In this document: positions 27,306 to 42,236 of the stretch, piece after piece
Position numbering within the stretch: position 1 is the stretch's first letter
Layout: each line of letters begins with the position of its first letter
Source: Eledone cirrhosa
Lineage: Eukaryota
DNA length: 64,000 nucleotides
Direction of reading: 5' to 3'
Assembly: GCA_964016885.1 (NCBI GenBank)
Contig: OZ024746.1
Location: 39,866,001-39,930,000, forward strand
Notes under the pieces: generated by a model
What the model saw: only the letters and a program-made list of their open reading frames with translations
Told to the model about the DNA's origin: nothing
Databases searched by the model: none
Position numbers and translations under genes: made by a program

Positions 27306-28871
27306 TACACACAGGTCAGACAAAATGTCATGAAGAGCCAGTGTTGTATGTTAGCTATGTCTGTTATAAACACGCTTTTTTATGTCTTTATGAATATGTT
27401 AAGATTAATATATTACAATGGTCTATTTTTGTTTTTTCAATTAAAACTCCTCGACAGAAATTTACGATCTTTACATCCGACATGTTAGTTCGTTATATTT
27501 CGTCGAAAAAAACCCTCTTCAAATGTCCGATTTTGCTACTTCTCGCGGTAACTGAGATTATTGACTCCAACAAATTCTCTGCGATTTACTATTGCCATTG
27601 TTGACGGTTAGGCAAAAGTTACTCCGTGATCCAGATTTTTCCTTATTTTAAACAAAGTTGTTTGCCAACCTCTTAAACAATTGATTTGATATAATGTATT
27701 TGCTCGGTTTCAACTTTGCCTTTCAGCCATTCGTGGTCGACAAAAAAAGTTCCAGTCAAGCACTGGGGTCGATTCTAGAGTTCGATACCACCTGCAGGAT
27801 ATATCGGCTAATTGTTTTTTACCATAGCACCTCGTCAACCCAAGCCTTTCAATGAACCTATGTGGAAGTCTGTTAGATGGACTATATACATGTGATTCAC
27901 AATTCCAGCCTTCTCACATTGTGTCACGCTGATTCTGACTGAGAATTATGTTAAGTGTACACGTGTCTAAACATCACAATGTAACACAAGCAATTCCTAC
28001 CATAATGTACTTAAAAATAGCCGCATATAACATTCTTCTTCCTAAGCTAAGTATTCTTGAAAATATTTCCTTCGCTATATAAGAGTCATTAATTTTTCTC
28101 ATTATTTATCTCTCTTATTATTTCAGTGTCATAGTTATAACATATAACATTAGTATTGATCTGCTTTCAGATATTCATTTTGATCATTTTATAATATAAT
28201 AGAATTATACATACAGAGAGAGAGAGGGGGGACAGACACACACATACATATATGAGGGTTCGCTGGAAAATTCATAGGCTGACCAAGTTACTTTCATGGA
28301 ATGAGCAAATGAGGTATATTTGTCAACAGAGTCCCTGGAAAGAAACAATACAGTTACTAAAGAAAAGAAAGAGTTGAAATTAATGCATGCAATATTTCAC
28401 AGCTCTAGCATCGCTCAAATTTTCAGCCAACCTTCTTATATATAGAGAGAGGTGGGGAGAGGGAGAGATACATACACATACATATATATTTATATATTAT
28501 TTCTATATATATATATTATATATTTGTATATATGTGTACATATGTATTTATGTGTGTTCGTGTGCGATGGTAAATGTATATAATATATATATTGAGAGAG
28601 AGAGGGAGAGAGAGCATATTTGTAGATGGAAAAAACACCATGACATGCTAGACGTACGACAAACGCACATAGCATCTATCTTCCTCGTCGGCTACATTGT
28701 GGACAATGCAGTTTGCAGCAGTATGATGGGACTGCTAAGTACGAAGCCGAGATCATACGACGGCTTGAACAATCCTTAAGAAAGATGCATGAGGGACAAT
28801 GATTTAGAGAGATGGGAAAACAACGGTGTGTCTGTCTATTAGGACAGTAAGATACGTACGTAAACAAAGAA

Positions 28872-29285
28872 TATTTGTTTCTACTTTTAACACAAGGCCA
28901 GCAATTACCCTAGTGTATTACTAGTACTTTATTTTATCGACCGCATGAGGATGAAAGGCAAAGTTAACCAAACGCGGGATTTGAACTCAGACCGTAAAGG
29001 GACATAAATCTATGCTGGAAAGCATGGCGTCCGACTCTCTACCAATACTGCCATTCCACTTGGTTTATGATTACAGCACAAGGCCAACAATTTTTGTTGA
29101 AGGTAAAGTCGATCATACCAACCCCAGTGGGTTACTAGTACTTTATTTTATCGACCCCGTAAAGATAAAAGGCAAAACTAACCCCGGCGGGATTTTGAAC
29201 TCAGAACGTAAAGGGACGTAACTCTATGCCACGAAGCACGGTGTCCGACACTCTACCGACTCTACCAACTCTACCAATCCACCAC
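28872..29285 (-). mobile_element. Two tandem SINE family A copies
   Basis: Two cores and two heads. Confidence 0.85.
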
Positions 29286-29386
29286 ATTTCGTAAACAAAG
29301 AATGAAAAATAAAAAAAACGTTTTACGACTGGAAACATGACAGGATACGGTACATGCAAGTTGTGCAAACGATGTGGGGAAATATG

Positions 29387-29704
29387 AACTTTCCTTGGAA
29401 AAGTAAGTGTAAAAGAGGGCAGAGGTCTTGTCTCTTTCGAAGCCAGGTAGTGGAAGAAAGAAGGGCTGAATATAGGAAGCTAATAGACGAGCATGCGTCA
29501 GCAAGCATAGTGGAGAGAACAGGAAGAGAACTGAAAAAACTCTCTAACTTTCCTTGGAAAAGTAAGTGTAAAAGGGGGCAGAGGTCTTGTCTCTTTCGAA
29601 GCCAGGTAGTGGAAGAAAGAAGGGCTGAATATAGGAAGCTAATAGACGAGCATGCGTCAGCAAGCGTAGTGGAGAGAACAGGAAGAGAACTGAAAAAACT
29701 CTCT
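29387..29704. repeat. 159-bp tandem duplication
   Basis: 29387-29545 vs 29546-29704, two visible mismatches. Confidence 0.95.
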
Positions 29705-30433
29705 CCCACGTTATAATGCTTTCTACCTTAAATTGAAACCAGAAAATGTTCTGTGTATTCGTGTGGTCTGCCATGTATAGTGCAGTGAAGGGCGTCTTCA
29801 CCTACTGTCTATTTATTTGTTCAGGCTAATTAAAAGTCACTGATTGTTGGTGAGTATCACCCTGACTCAGCATTGGTTCTTCAACGAGAGTGCCGGTCGG
29901 TGTGTGTATGTGTGTGTGTGTGTGATAATAGAAGCGATATTGTGATGTAATGTGCGTGCACAGTACAGTGTGTGTGTGAAAGAGAGAAGCTAATTTGTTA
30001 ATGAACGGGAAGTTATGGCTGGCGCGTAATAATGGCGGCGGGGGGTGGGGGAGGTGTGTCTAATTAATAATGCCGTAGCAAATAGTGACTATTATTAGAT
30101 TTACTTTCGAACGGGAAATGTACTGTGTATCGTAGACATCATCATATAACGTAGAATGGAGATGTATAACATGGAATTTATCTACAGCAACAGGTTAGTG
30201 TTATATAAAAGATTTTATACGCATGCCTGCGTGTGTGTGTCTGTGTGTTCATCTATGTATATATATATATATATATATGTGTGTGTGCGTTTGTGTGCAG
30301 TGTTTACACACATACACACATACTAATATGTATATATATTTATATATATATATATATATTTATACATGTAAAAGTTAGGGAGAATATAGACAGTAAGAGA
30401 AAGAAAGAACGAGAGACAGTGAGAGTGGGAGGA

Positions 30434-31421
<988 letters not shown>

Positions 31422-31719
31422 TTATCCATGTGTGTGTGTATGTATACTGTGTTGTATGGTACAGATAGAATTGTCAGTGTGAGTTTGTTTATGTGTGTGT
31501 TTGTGATCTGTGTGTTTATGTATGTGTGTGTATTCCTCTATCCGTCTGTTTTTGTTTATGTGTGTGTTAAAATAGCATTTATCATTATATGTCACTGACA
31601 GCAAATACAGTCTGAATGGAAGAAGTTTATGTCAAAGCTGAGGATGTGGGCCGGTTTCAATTCCCAATTGTTTTCATTAAAATTCACTTCACACATAGCA
31701 ATTCATGACTTGATGTTAA

Positions 31720-32500
31720 TAATAATTGTTTCTACTTTTGGCACAAGGCCAGCAATTAACCAGTACATTACTGGTACTTTATTTTATCGACCCCGTAAGG
31801 ATGAAAGGCAAAGTTAACCTCGGCGGGATTTGAACTAATCGACTTCTCCCTTCCCCCAAATTGCTGGCCTTGTGCCGAAATTAGAAATCAATCATAATAA
31901 TAATAATAATAATGATGATTTCAAATTTAGACACAAGGCCAGTAATAACAGTGGGAAGGAAAATATCGATTATATTGACCCCAGTACTTGACTGGTACTT
32001 TATTTTCAACAATACGGTATTCAATTAATAATTGTTTCTACTTTGGGCACAAGGCCAGCAATTACACAGTACATTACTGGTACTTTATTTTATCGACCCC
32101 GTGAGGATGAAAGGCAAAGTTAACCTCAGCGGGATTCAATTAATAATAAATTCTAATTTAGGCACAAGTTCAGTAATTCGGCGAGAAGAGAAAGTTGATA
32201 AAATCGTCCCCAGTATTTGAATCGTCCCCAGTATTTGAATGACATTTATTTTAGCGATCCCAGAAAATAATTTGTATGAAGTGGATAGCCATTTACTTTC
32301 CTGCTAGCTAATATATTTTATCTACCTCAAATAGATGAAAGGTAAAGTTGACTCTTGTAGAATTTGAACTCAAAACATAAAGACCGTAACTAAATGTAGC
32401 AAGGCATTTATTCGAGTTTAACGATTCTACCAATCGGTTTCTAATTGAAGCATAAGGTATTGAGAAAATCGATTATATCGGCCCAGTGTTATTTTTTTAA
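31720..32500 (-). mobile_element. Cluster of SINE family A fragments, mostly on the minus strand
   Basis: Repeated ggcacaaggccagcaatt tails and cores. Confidence 0.8.
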
Positions 32501-33023
32501 TGAAACTTGGAGAATGAAAATCAAAGTAAACGTGAGAACATAAAGGGTCGTACTAGAAAAGCGAAGAGTTACGTACTTTGCCGAATCTGTCAAGTGTGTG
32601 CCCGATTTCCACCGATTCCGATAACGAGTGTTCCAGTTATCCGAACAACAGAACAACCTGCTATTGAATTTAACGTGTGATTGATTAAATATTCCCCAGA
32701 CACATGTAATTCTCGGGAAGATCAGTGTGACCCTTTGGATTACAGGTATGACTCATTTTTTCCAGCTGAGTTGACTGCAACAACGTGGAATAAAGTATCT
32801 TGTGCAAAGACACAACATGGTGTCGGGAAATAAACGCCCTAACCACTAAGCAACGTACCCCGCCATAAAAACACGCTATTTCTGTAATAGTGACCTTGGC
32901 AAAGAAAAAATTGTCACAACTTCCCGTTTTTACTCTCTCCCCACTAAAAGGTTGTATTAAATTTCACACACACATGAATTTATGCATTTACAAAAACCCA
33001 TACGAGCGCACACTCACATGTAC

Positions 33024-33062
<39 letters not shown>

Positions 33063-33065
33063 TGC

Positions 33066-33096
<31 letters not shown>

Positions 33097-33121
33097 CGTA
33101 TCTGTGTGCGTGAGCACATAT

Positions 33122-33244
<123 letters not shown>

Positions 33245-33462
33245 GGAGACGATCGACTTTCGTCAAATCGGACCGAGGGAACAGTGTTTCCGTTGGTCTT
33301 TCCAATTGCTAATACTATCTATCGGTCGCAACTCCAGGTAGAAGGAGCAACGTGAAATAAAGTGTCTTGCCCAAGGACATAACGCATCGCCTGGTCCAGG
33401 AATCGAACTCACAACCTTACGATTGCGAATCCAATTCTCTAACCACTCAGCCACACGCCTTC
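33245..33462 (-). mobile_element. tRNA-derived SINE family B
   Basis: (-) gaaggcgtgtggctgagtggttaga (A box) ... gagttcgattcc (B box) ... ccttgggcaagacactttatttcacgttgctcc. Confidence 0.85.
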
Positions 33463-33477
33463 ATATATATATATATT

Positions 33478-33767
33478 ATAATTGTTTCTACGTTAGGCAC
33501 AAGGCCAGCAATTACCCAGTGTATTACTGGTACTTTATTTTATCGACATTATAATAATGGTTTCTTATATAGGCACAAGGCCAGCAATTTTAGGGAAAGG
33601 GAAAGTCGATTAAATCAACCTCAGTACGTTACTGGTACTTTATTTTATCGACCCCAAAAGGAGGAAAGACAAAGTTAACCTCAGTGGGATTGAACTCGGA
33701 CTGTACAAGGCCGTAACTCTATGCTGCAAAGCATAGCGTCCGACGCTCTACCGATACTGCTAATCCA
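33478..33767 (-). mobile_element. SINE family A fragment plus near-full copy
   Basis: Two tails, one head. Confidence 0.85.
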
Positions 33768-33771
33768 AGAA

Positions 33772-33881
33772 ACAAGGAATCAGTATTGCATCATATACAT
33801 ATCTAATTACATATTACATATGTTTCACTACCGATCAGCTCGAGGTACGATTGAATTATGTTCGAGGAAATCCAATTGCAC

Positions 33882-33969
<88 letters not shown>

Positions 33970-34091
33970 GTAGTAGTAGATGTGCAATTGGATTTCCTCG
34001 AACATAAATCGATCGTTCCTCGAGCTGATCGGCAGTGAAACATATGTAATATGTAATTAGATATGTATATGATGCAATACTGATTCCTTGT
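33772..34091. repeat. Inverted repeat with ~115-bp arms around a (TA)n centre
   Basis: 33772-33886 is approximately the reverse complement of 33977-34091, with a few mismatches. Confidence 0.92.
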
Positions 34092-34124
34092 ATCACACAT
34101 ATATATATATATATATATATTCAC

Positions 34125-34178
<54 letters not shown>

Positions 34179-34549
34179 GTGAATGTGTGCTAGTATATGC
34201 ATAAATGCATGTTTGTGTACAATTTCTTAACACCTAAGCATTTTAGGATAGGGGGAGGGCAAAGGAAAACGGAAGCTGTGACGTATTTTCTGGCATGTTT
34301 ACATGTCTACATATTAAAAATGTGTATATCTATACACACATTGATGCAGTCTCAGTTACCTGCTCTGTATGTGCACAGATATAACTTTATCGTACACTTC
34401 GGCAGCTAGCGCAATTCTTAACATATACCTTAACATGAGCGCTAATTATATGCATATTAGTACGTCCATTTCAGAATAATGCTAAGAGAGAATGGGTATA
34501 TAAGCCCATCAAATACGTGTTTCCTTGTGGTTGTTTGGATGATTATACA

Positions 34550-34596
34550 CGCCTTCTGATGAAGGCTCAACTAGGTCCGAAAATCGATTAAAGGTG
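34550..34596 (+). ncRNA. Type I hammerhead ribozyme
   Basis: CGCCTT CTGATGA AGGCTCAACTAGGTCC GAAA ATCGAT TA AAGGTG: 6-bp stem I, palindromic stem III AATCGATT, UUA triplet; stem II imperfect. Confidence 0.75.
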
Positions 34597-35279
34597 CTTA
34601 TCAGTTTTTCAGGGAAATTCGTATTTTCCGGCATGTTTTCATGCCTACATATTAAAAATTTATAAATATATATATGTATATGTATGTATATGTTTACATA
34701 TATATGATGTGTGTATGTATGTATGTTTGGGGCCCGTAACTAGTCATGAAGACGTAGAGGGACTATAGTGACATAGAGTTCGTCTTAGACGTCTTTTAAA
34801 CCTGGCGGAGCTTACCACTCACCAGGTCTAATCACAGCCGATTTCTTCCAGAGAAGGAGAGAGTGATAGAGAAGAAATGAAAGAATATAGAGGAAGAATC
34901 GCCCCCTGTATTGGATGGATACATTTTTTGTTATGATCGCGAAAGGATGAAAGGTTGACCGCAGCAGTTTGGAATTTAGAACGCAGAGAACCACGGAACA
35001 AACACCGCAAAGCATTCTATCCTAGTTCAAAGGACTTTACCTATTCATAGCCTACATTATTAACATTTGTTTGTTTGTTTTTGCAAATTCTGATTTTCAT
35101 AACATAAAACCCCCAAAGAAAATATAAAATTGTTAAAATATAAATTTATTTTTCATATTTTCAATCTTTGTTTTATACAATAAACATCTTACATTTATCA
35201 CGAGTTATTAGCATTAAAATGTATCGTTTTAACAAAATGGGTGAAAGAGTTGATATTTATCACGCTCAGGCTAAGGGTA

Positions 35280-35500
35280 GTATGGTTTCTAACTTAACCA
35301 TGATGCCAACAATTTGGGGGAAAGGGAAATTCGTTTAAATCGACCCCAGTACTTTACTGGTGCTTTATTTCATCGACCGCGGAAAGGTGAAAGATAAAGT
35401 AGATCTCGATGGAATTTGAACTCAGAACGTAAAGAGCTGCGTGCTAAATGCTACAAAGCATTTTGTCCGACGTTCTAACAATTCTGCCTATCCATCTCGC
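35280..35500 (-). mobile_element. SINE family A, older
   Basis: Core and gaatttgaactcaga B box. Confidence 0.75.
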
Positions 35501-35924
35501 TTTACTCCAAGAGGTAATATGAAATCGATTTCAGATTAACGGGAAGGTGATTTGAAATAGGGATGAAGTTGGTAGCTTGAAGTATTTATACCGGTCTAGA
35601 CATCTACAATAACTGAGGCTTTGTCAAAATAACAAGTAGTTTGTTAGTGTACAGTTCTCAATACAACTGATGCCTGAGAAAGAACATAGCTTGCAGAAGA
35701 ATGCATTCTGCCAGGTTCATTTGTCCAAGATAAAACTAATTGAAGATAGTTGTCTCTGCGGCCCAATGGGTTATGGGGGTCGGCACATATGGTCTCAATT
35801 ACAGAAATATGTATGCACGCAAAACACATGCACCCACATGCACATGCACCCCCTTATATACATATATCGATGTTAATTTAATATATATCGACCTGTTAAC
35901 ATCTATAGACTCACTCACGCACAC

Positions 35925-36478
<554 letters not shown>

Positions 36479-37522
36479 CAATGCTAATCCAATGACGTTA
36501 ATATATACACATGCACACGCACAAACAAAGGCACTCACACACACAAACACACGACTGGTAGTGCATGGATGTGCCTTTGATGTACTACAAGATTTATGAA
36601 AGTATGTAAACATCAATAATATTCGAGTGAAATGACGAGCGAGAGAATGAGAGTGAGAGAAAGAGAGGGAGGGTGGGAGGGAGACTGAGAGAAGGAGTGA
36701 GGGACTGAGAGAGATAGAGGGAGAGAGATTCTGACGTATGCAAACCAGATCTAAAATAAATGTAACATATCCCTATATACTCAGAAGCTTGTGTGATAAT
36801 TTACTTATATGTATGTCTTTTCGTTGATATTTCTATTCGCTTACACTGTGGCTACAAGCTAGTCTTGTACATTTATCATCTCACTCACTCATTTGCTTGG
36901 TTATTCGTTGTGTTTGATGGCACTGATTGAGTCTTTATATTGTTTTACCAACCAGTACAAAATACGTATTATCTGTCAGAGGAATCAGTTGGAATCTCTA
37001 CTGAATAGTTTACATAGAAATGTCCATCAAAGTGCCGACATATATTATTAACTAGAATCATAAGCAAAGTAATTTTATTATTAAATTGATGTTGTTTGTT
37101 TGTTTGTTGTTGTTGTTGTTTAGTGCTCAAGTTAACTTTGATTGAATAAATAAAAAACAAAACCAAAAGTGTTTCACTTAGGATAATTCCATCGTTTATC
37201 GGTCAATAAAGAGCTGATAGGCTAAATTCTTAGGAAAACAACATATAAATGTGTACGTGTTTTGTGAGGAAGGATCGGTGTATTCTTTGTTGTCTCGAAT
37301 GGTCATGCTACGAAACTCATGGGTACTGCCTTTTCCTCGTGACTTAGTTAGTTTTAAAAAATACGTAGCATTTTATTTTCTGTAGACATTTTCTTCCGTT
37401 TTTACCTTGTACCTTAATGAAAACCTTTTTGTTGTCAGGTTCATTGCACTAGCCTAAATCACCGAGACGGAGGAATTTTGAAGTTATTTGTGAATGATTT
37501 TCTTCATTATTGCCCACACAAC

Positions 37523-37708
37523 GGGCGGTGAATTGGCAGTATCGGTAGAAGGTTGGACGCCATGCTTTCTAGCATAGTTACGTCCCTTTACAGTCTGAGT
37601 TTCAAATCCCGCCGAGGTTAACTTTGCCTTTCATCCTTACGGGGTCGATAATATAAAGTACCAGTAATGTACTGGGTAATAACTGGCCTTGTGCCTAAAG
37701 TAGAAACA
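37523..37708 (+). mobile_element. SINE family A, full length, 17-bp TSD
   Basis: TSD attattgcccacacaac at 37506-37522 and 37709-37725; A and B boxes present. Confidence 0.92.
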
Positions 37709-38021
37709 ATTATTGCCCACACAACAGTCCCCGTGACGGGATACGTGAGAATCACAATAGCATAGTAAAGATATAGTGGGAACACTTATGTGCTTGCTCA
37801 AACTTTGATAAATACCAACCAAATCTTCATCAGATCGCCTTTATTATAAATAAACATATTGAATAAGCTTTTATATACGCATGTATTATGAATCAAGCTG
37901 TGTTGGCGTTACTGCTAGTTAGTATATACATATATATATATATATAAATATATATGTATGTGTGTATGTGTGTGTGTTTGTGTGTGTGTATGTGAGTATG
38001 TGAGTGTGAGTATGTGTCCGT

Positions 38022-38780
38022 GTCCGTAAGGATGAAAGGCAAAGCTAACTCAGAACGCAAAGGGCCGTAACTCTCTGCCGCAAGCATGGTGTCTAACGCT
38101 CTATCGATACTGCCAATCCTGCCCTGTGTTGCCCAAATAATTGTTTCTACTTTTGGCACAAGGACAGCAATTACCTAGCAATTACCCCAGTGCATTACTG
38201 GTGCTTTATTTTATCCACCCCGTAAGGATGAAAGGCAAAGTTAATTTCGGCGGGATTTAAACTCAGAACGTAAAGGGCCATAACTCTATGCTACAAAACA
38301 TGATGTATGACGCTCTACCGATACTGCCAATCCACCGCCCTGTGTTGCCTCAATAATAATGGCTTCATATATAGGCACAAGGCCAGCAATTTTGTGGGGA
38401 GGGGAAAGTCGATTAAAATCGAGCCGTGCGTGACTGGTACATTATTTTATCGATCGACCCCGTAAGGATGAAAGGCAAAGTTAACCTCGGCGGGATTTGA
38501 ACTCAGATCGTAACTCTATGCTGCAAAGCATGGCGCCTGGTCCTCTACCAATACTGCCAATCCATTGCCTCAATAATAATTGTTTCTACTTTTGGCACAA
38601 AGCCAGCAATTAACCAGTACATTACTGGTACTTTATTTTATCGACCCCGTAAGGATGAAAGGCAAAGTTAACCTCGGCGGTATTTGAACTCAGATCATGA
38701 AGGGCCGTAACTCTATGCTGCAAAGCATGGCGTCCGATCCTCTACCAATACTGCCAATCCATTGCCTCAATAATAATAAT
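38022..38780 (-). mobile_element. Head-to-tail array of four SINE family A copies
   Basis: Four aggatgaaaggcaaag cores in the same orientation, joined at ttgcc(c/t)(a/c)aataat. Confidence 0.9.
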
Positions 38781-39595
38781 ACGTATATTGCTTAAAGTGT
38801 ATTTTATTTATAAACTCTTCATCAGTAATCCATACATGTCTTCTTTCTATATTTTTATTACAACACTGACGTCAAGTGAGCAACTAACTTCTAAAACAGG
38901 CCATGTTTTTATTTTCTTGTCTCAACGGCAATATCGGATCGGTTATATTGTATTTTAATTTCGTTGCTGTTTTTATTCTTAGCTTACACCAACAACTTTT
39001 ATCCATTTGTCTCAATAGGTTCGTCCTTATTTGTTGCTATCTTTGCTTACTCTATTTCAGATTGGCTTAACTGTCATATAATGCCATATACGTAGGTAAT
39101 ATTGGGGGAGGGGGGATGTCTTAGCTCTAATATAGACATTTAGTTGATGATTGGCTCGTTTTTTACGAATGTAATTTTTACGAGTTTGGAATCCGGAAGT
39201 CTTGTCCATTGGATGCTTTGTATATTGTTGACTTTGTTTTCCGAGTATATTGCTTACATATAAGTCATTCGATGGTTGCTTGCATTTGTTCTATATATAT
39301 AGTGTATATATGTGTAGTGTAAGTGTATATATTAAGGGTAGTCATCGATAGTTAATAGACTCGTTGGAGCAATAACGGTCTTGTTTATGTATATATATAT
39401 GTGTGTATGTATCTATGTATGTATGTATGTATGTATGTATCATTGAAAACAGAAGGCTAGACTCTAAATATTCATTTAATGTTGCCAAAGTGACAATACG
39501 TATTTCCATAACGTTCAGTGCTTGTGCATATTGCATCACGGTCTTGTAGTCAGAATGACCAGATCTAGCGATTGGTTATCTCATCCAACATAAAT

Positions 39596-39634
<39 letters not shown>

Positions 39635-39646
39635 TTAATATAGATG

Positions 39647-39697
39647 AGATTCTACAGGACTAGAACTGTTTCATTCTTTAGAAATCATCAGGAATCT
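39647..39697 (-). ncRNA. Type I hammerhead ribozyme
   Basis: Minus strand: AGATTC CTGATGA T-TTC-taaa-GAA-T GAAA CAG-ttctagtc-CTG TA GAATCT; GUA triplet; about 15 nt from (TA)n. Confidence 0.75.
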
Positions 39698-40593
39698 GGG
39701 TATCAAAAAATAAATATGGTATTTATAGGTCTCTACAAGTGGTAGGAGAGGGTGAGGAGTGGGATGGGTGTAGGTCATTGGTTGATAGAAAAGGAATTCA
39801 TTAAAAGCTAATTCTACAAAGCTATCGTTTATTTTTATTAATTTTTGTTTTTAGTAACAAAGGCAGACAGAATTCTATAAACAGGTTCCGGATGGCATAT
39901 CATTCCTTGTCATTAAGTTTCTCTTAAGCTAACAGATGTCTATAAGATCAGTGGGGGGTCAGTCATGGTAGATAGAATTAAAGGAAAGGGAGATTCTTTA
40001 AAAGCTAAATTCATTAAGGTTCTACCAAGTGACAAAGGTTTAGAGAATTCTGTAGACAGATTCAAAATACTGAGTGCATATCTTACAATTATCTTCGAAC
40101 TTCTCTTAAACTAATCAACTATATGCCAAAAATCAACAGACACATTCACAAAAAAACACACTCACTCACACACTCACACACTCGCGCGCAACCATAAACA
40201 CACATACTGTGGTTACCTCCGATTCAACCCGGAATAACGTACTTATATATATATATATATATATATAGTGTAACTCCGACATTTGCGGTCCTGGCATCCG
40301 TGGTTCCGGTTAATCGTGGAATTTCCTATACAACCTAACTAATAATTGTTCGTGGCAACAACTGAATATTTGCGGAATCGTAAATAACTTCCGCGATTTT
40401 TTATGGCTTTTTTCGTGGCTATATATATATATATCTTTTAACGCTAAATTATCAAAAGCAGGATATTACATTTGTCGGCTTATTAGATGCTCCCTCTTTT
40501 TTTAATTATATTTTACGTTATATTTTGAAGTTTATAGGCATTTTTATGTTCAATATTCGCGGTTTTTCACTCTTGCGGGTGCTCTAGGAACAA

Positions 40594-40630
<37 letters not shown>

Positions 40631-41971
40631 CAAAGATGTTGCTAATACCTAGAGTTTTGGTTTTGCTTAACCGACATTTTTTACCAGCTGATGATTTTTG
40701 TATTTTGTGTAGAAAAGAATTTGTGGTGTACCTCGTTTATATAACCTTCAAGGTGAAATGTCATAAACTTGCCAGTACTGTATGCCAGATATTTAGTGAG
40801 GTTTATTCCCTCTGTGGTCTTTAGTTTGGTGTCAATTATGCATGTATAACCTTCTTAGTGAACTGGTATTTTTGTTTTTTTTCTTTTTTTTTTTGCACTC
40901 TTGAATAGAATTTTCCAATATTCATGTCACATTTTATTTCATGTTTCTTCTTAAGTTCATTCGTAATTAACCTGATTGTGTTGTTTTACTTTGTTTTTTG
41001 TTTGTTTTTTTCATGCTTGCAAACAAGTGAAATAAATTCTGGGTATTTTTGTTTCTGCTATAAATGTTGTTTCAACCCAGTTCTCGTGTGATATGTCTGT
41101 AGATTTAATGTGATGGTCGTCTTCCATTCATGAAAAAATATAAACTGTCTAGATTCTCATTGATATCTAAATTTCCTGTAACACTGAGAATTTCTGAGAG
41201 CTCACATTTATCTCACTAATTTCTTATAGTGACCAATTCAGGATAGCAAATGTAGGTAACAGAATAGCTCCTACAAAAGCGCTGTGGGTGATATGCATAA
41301 AGTAGACCACTACTGGTTCCCATATTTACCTTGCTATAGGATAAAGGATAAAGATGCCATAACTCCTTGTGGAGTCGTAGTGGCACCGTCAAATGGCGTG
41401 TCTAGGCCACTTATAAACCTTGCCGAGCCCAACCCTCTCCAATTCTGAACCCAACCGATTTCTATAGAGGAAAAATCGACCCCAGTACTGGACTGGTACT
41501 TTTTTATCGACCTCGAAAGGATGAAAGGCAATGTTGACTCCAGCGGATTTTGAACTCAGATCGCGCAATGATGTGGGTTGAATACCATAAAGCATTCTAT
41601 ATGACAGCTTAACGACGCTGCCAATTCTTCCTTACTATATTGAGGCATAACAGTCTTGCCGTTTCATTGTTGATTCATCATACCTGACGTTTTCAATCTG
41701 CTCAAGATGGTTGAAATCTAAGAAAGGAATTTATCCACTTAAATAACAGTTAATACAGTGTAGCTCTCAGTATTACAGGTTATACAGCATTTCATTTAAA
41801 CCGAGTAAAAAAGGGTGCTAGTTGATTGATAAACAGGTTGTTCACAAAGTCACTAGACAATTTTATACAAATATATATATAAAATTGTCTAGTGACTTTG
41901 TGGTCACCCTGTGTTAACCTAATATATCCCTTCCATAAACTGTACCGATTGTGTTGTTATTTCTGTTTACC

Positions 41972-42146
<175 letters not shown>

Positions 42147-42236
42147 CATTTATATATTTATATTTACATTTTCTTAAACGAAAATCCCCTTGCTGAATTC
42201 TACCACGTAGTGAATAGTTGACTTCCACTATTATAG

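Noticed and set aside
29354-29716. 120-aa ORF with an internal repeat
   Set aside because: Explained by the 159-bp tandem duplication; no recognisable domain.
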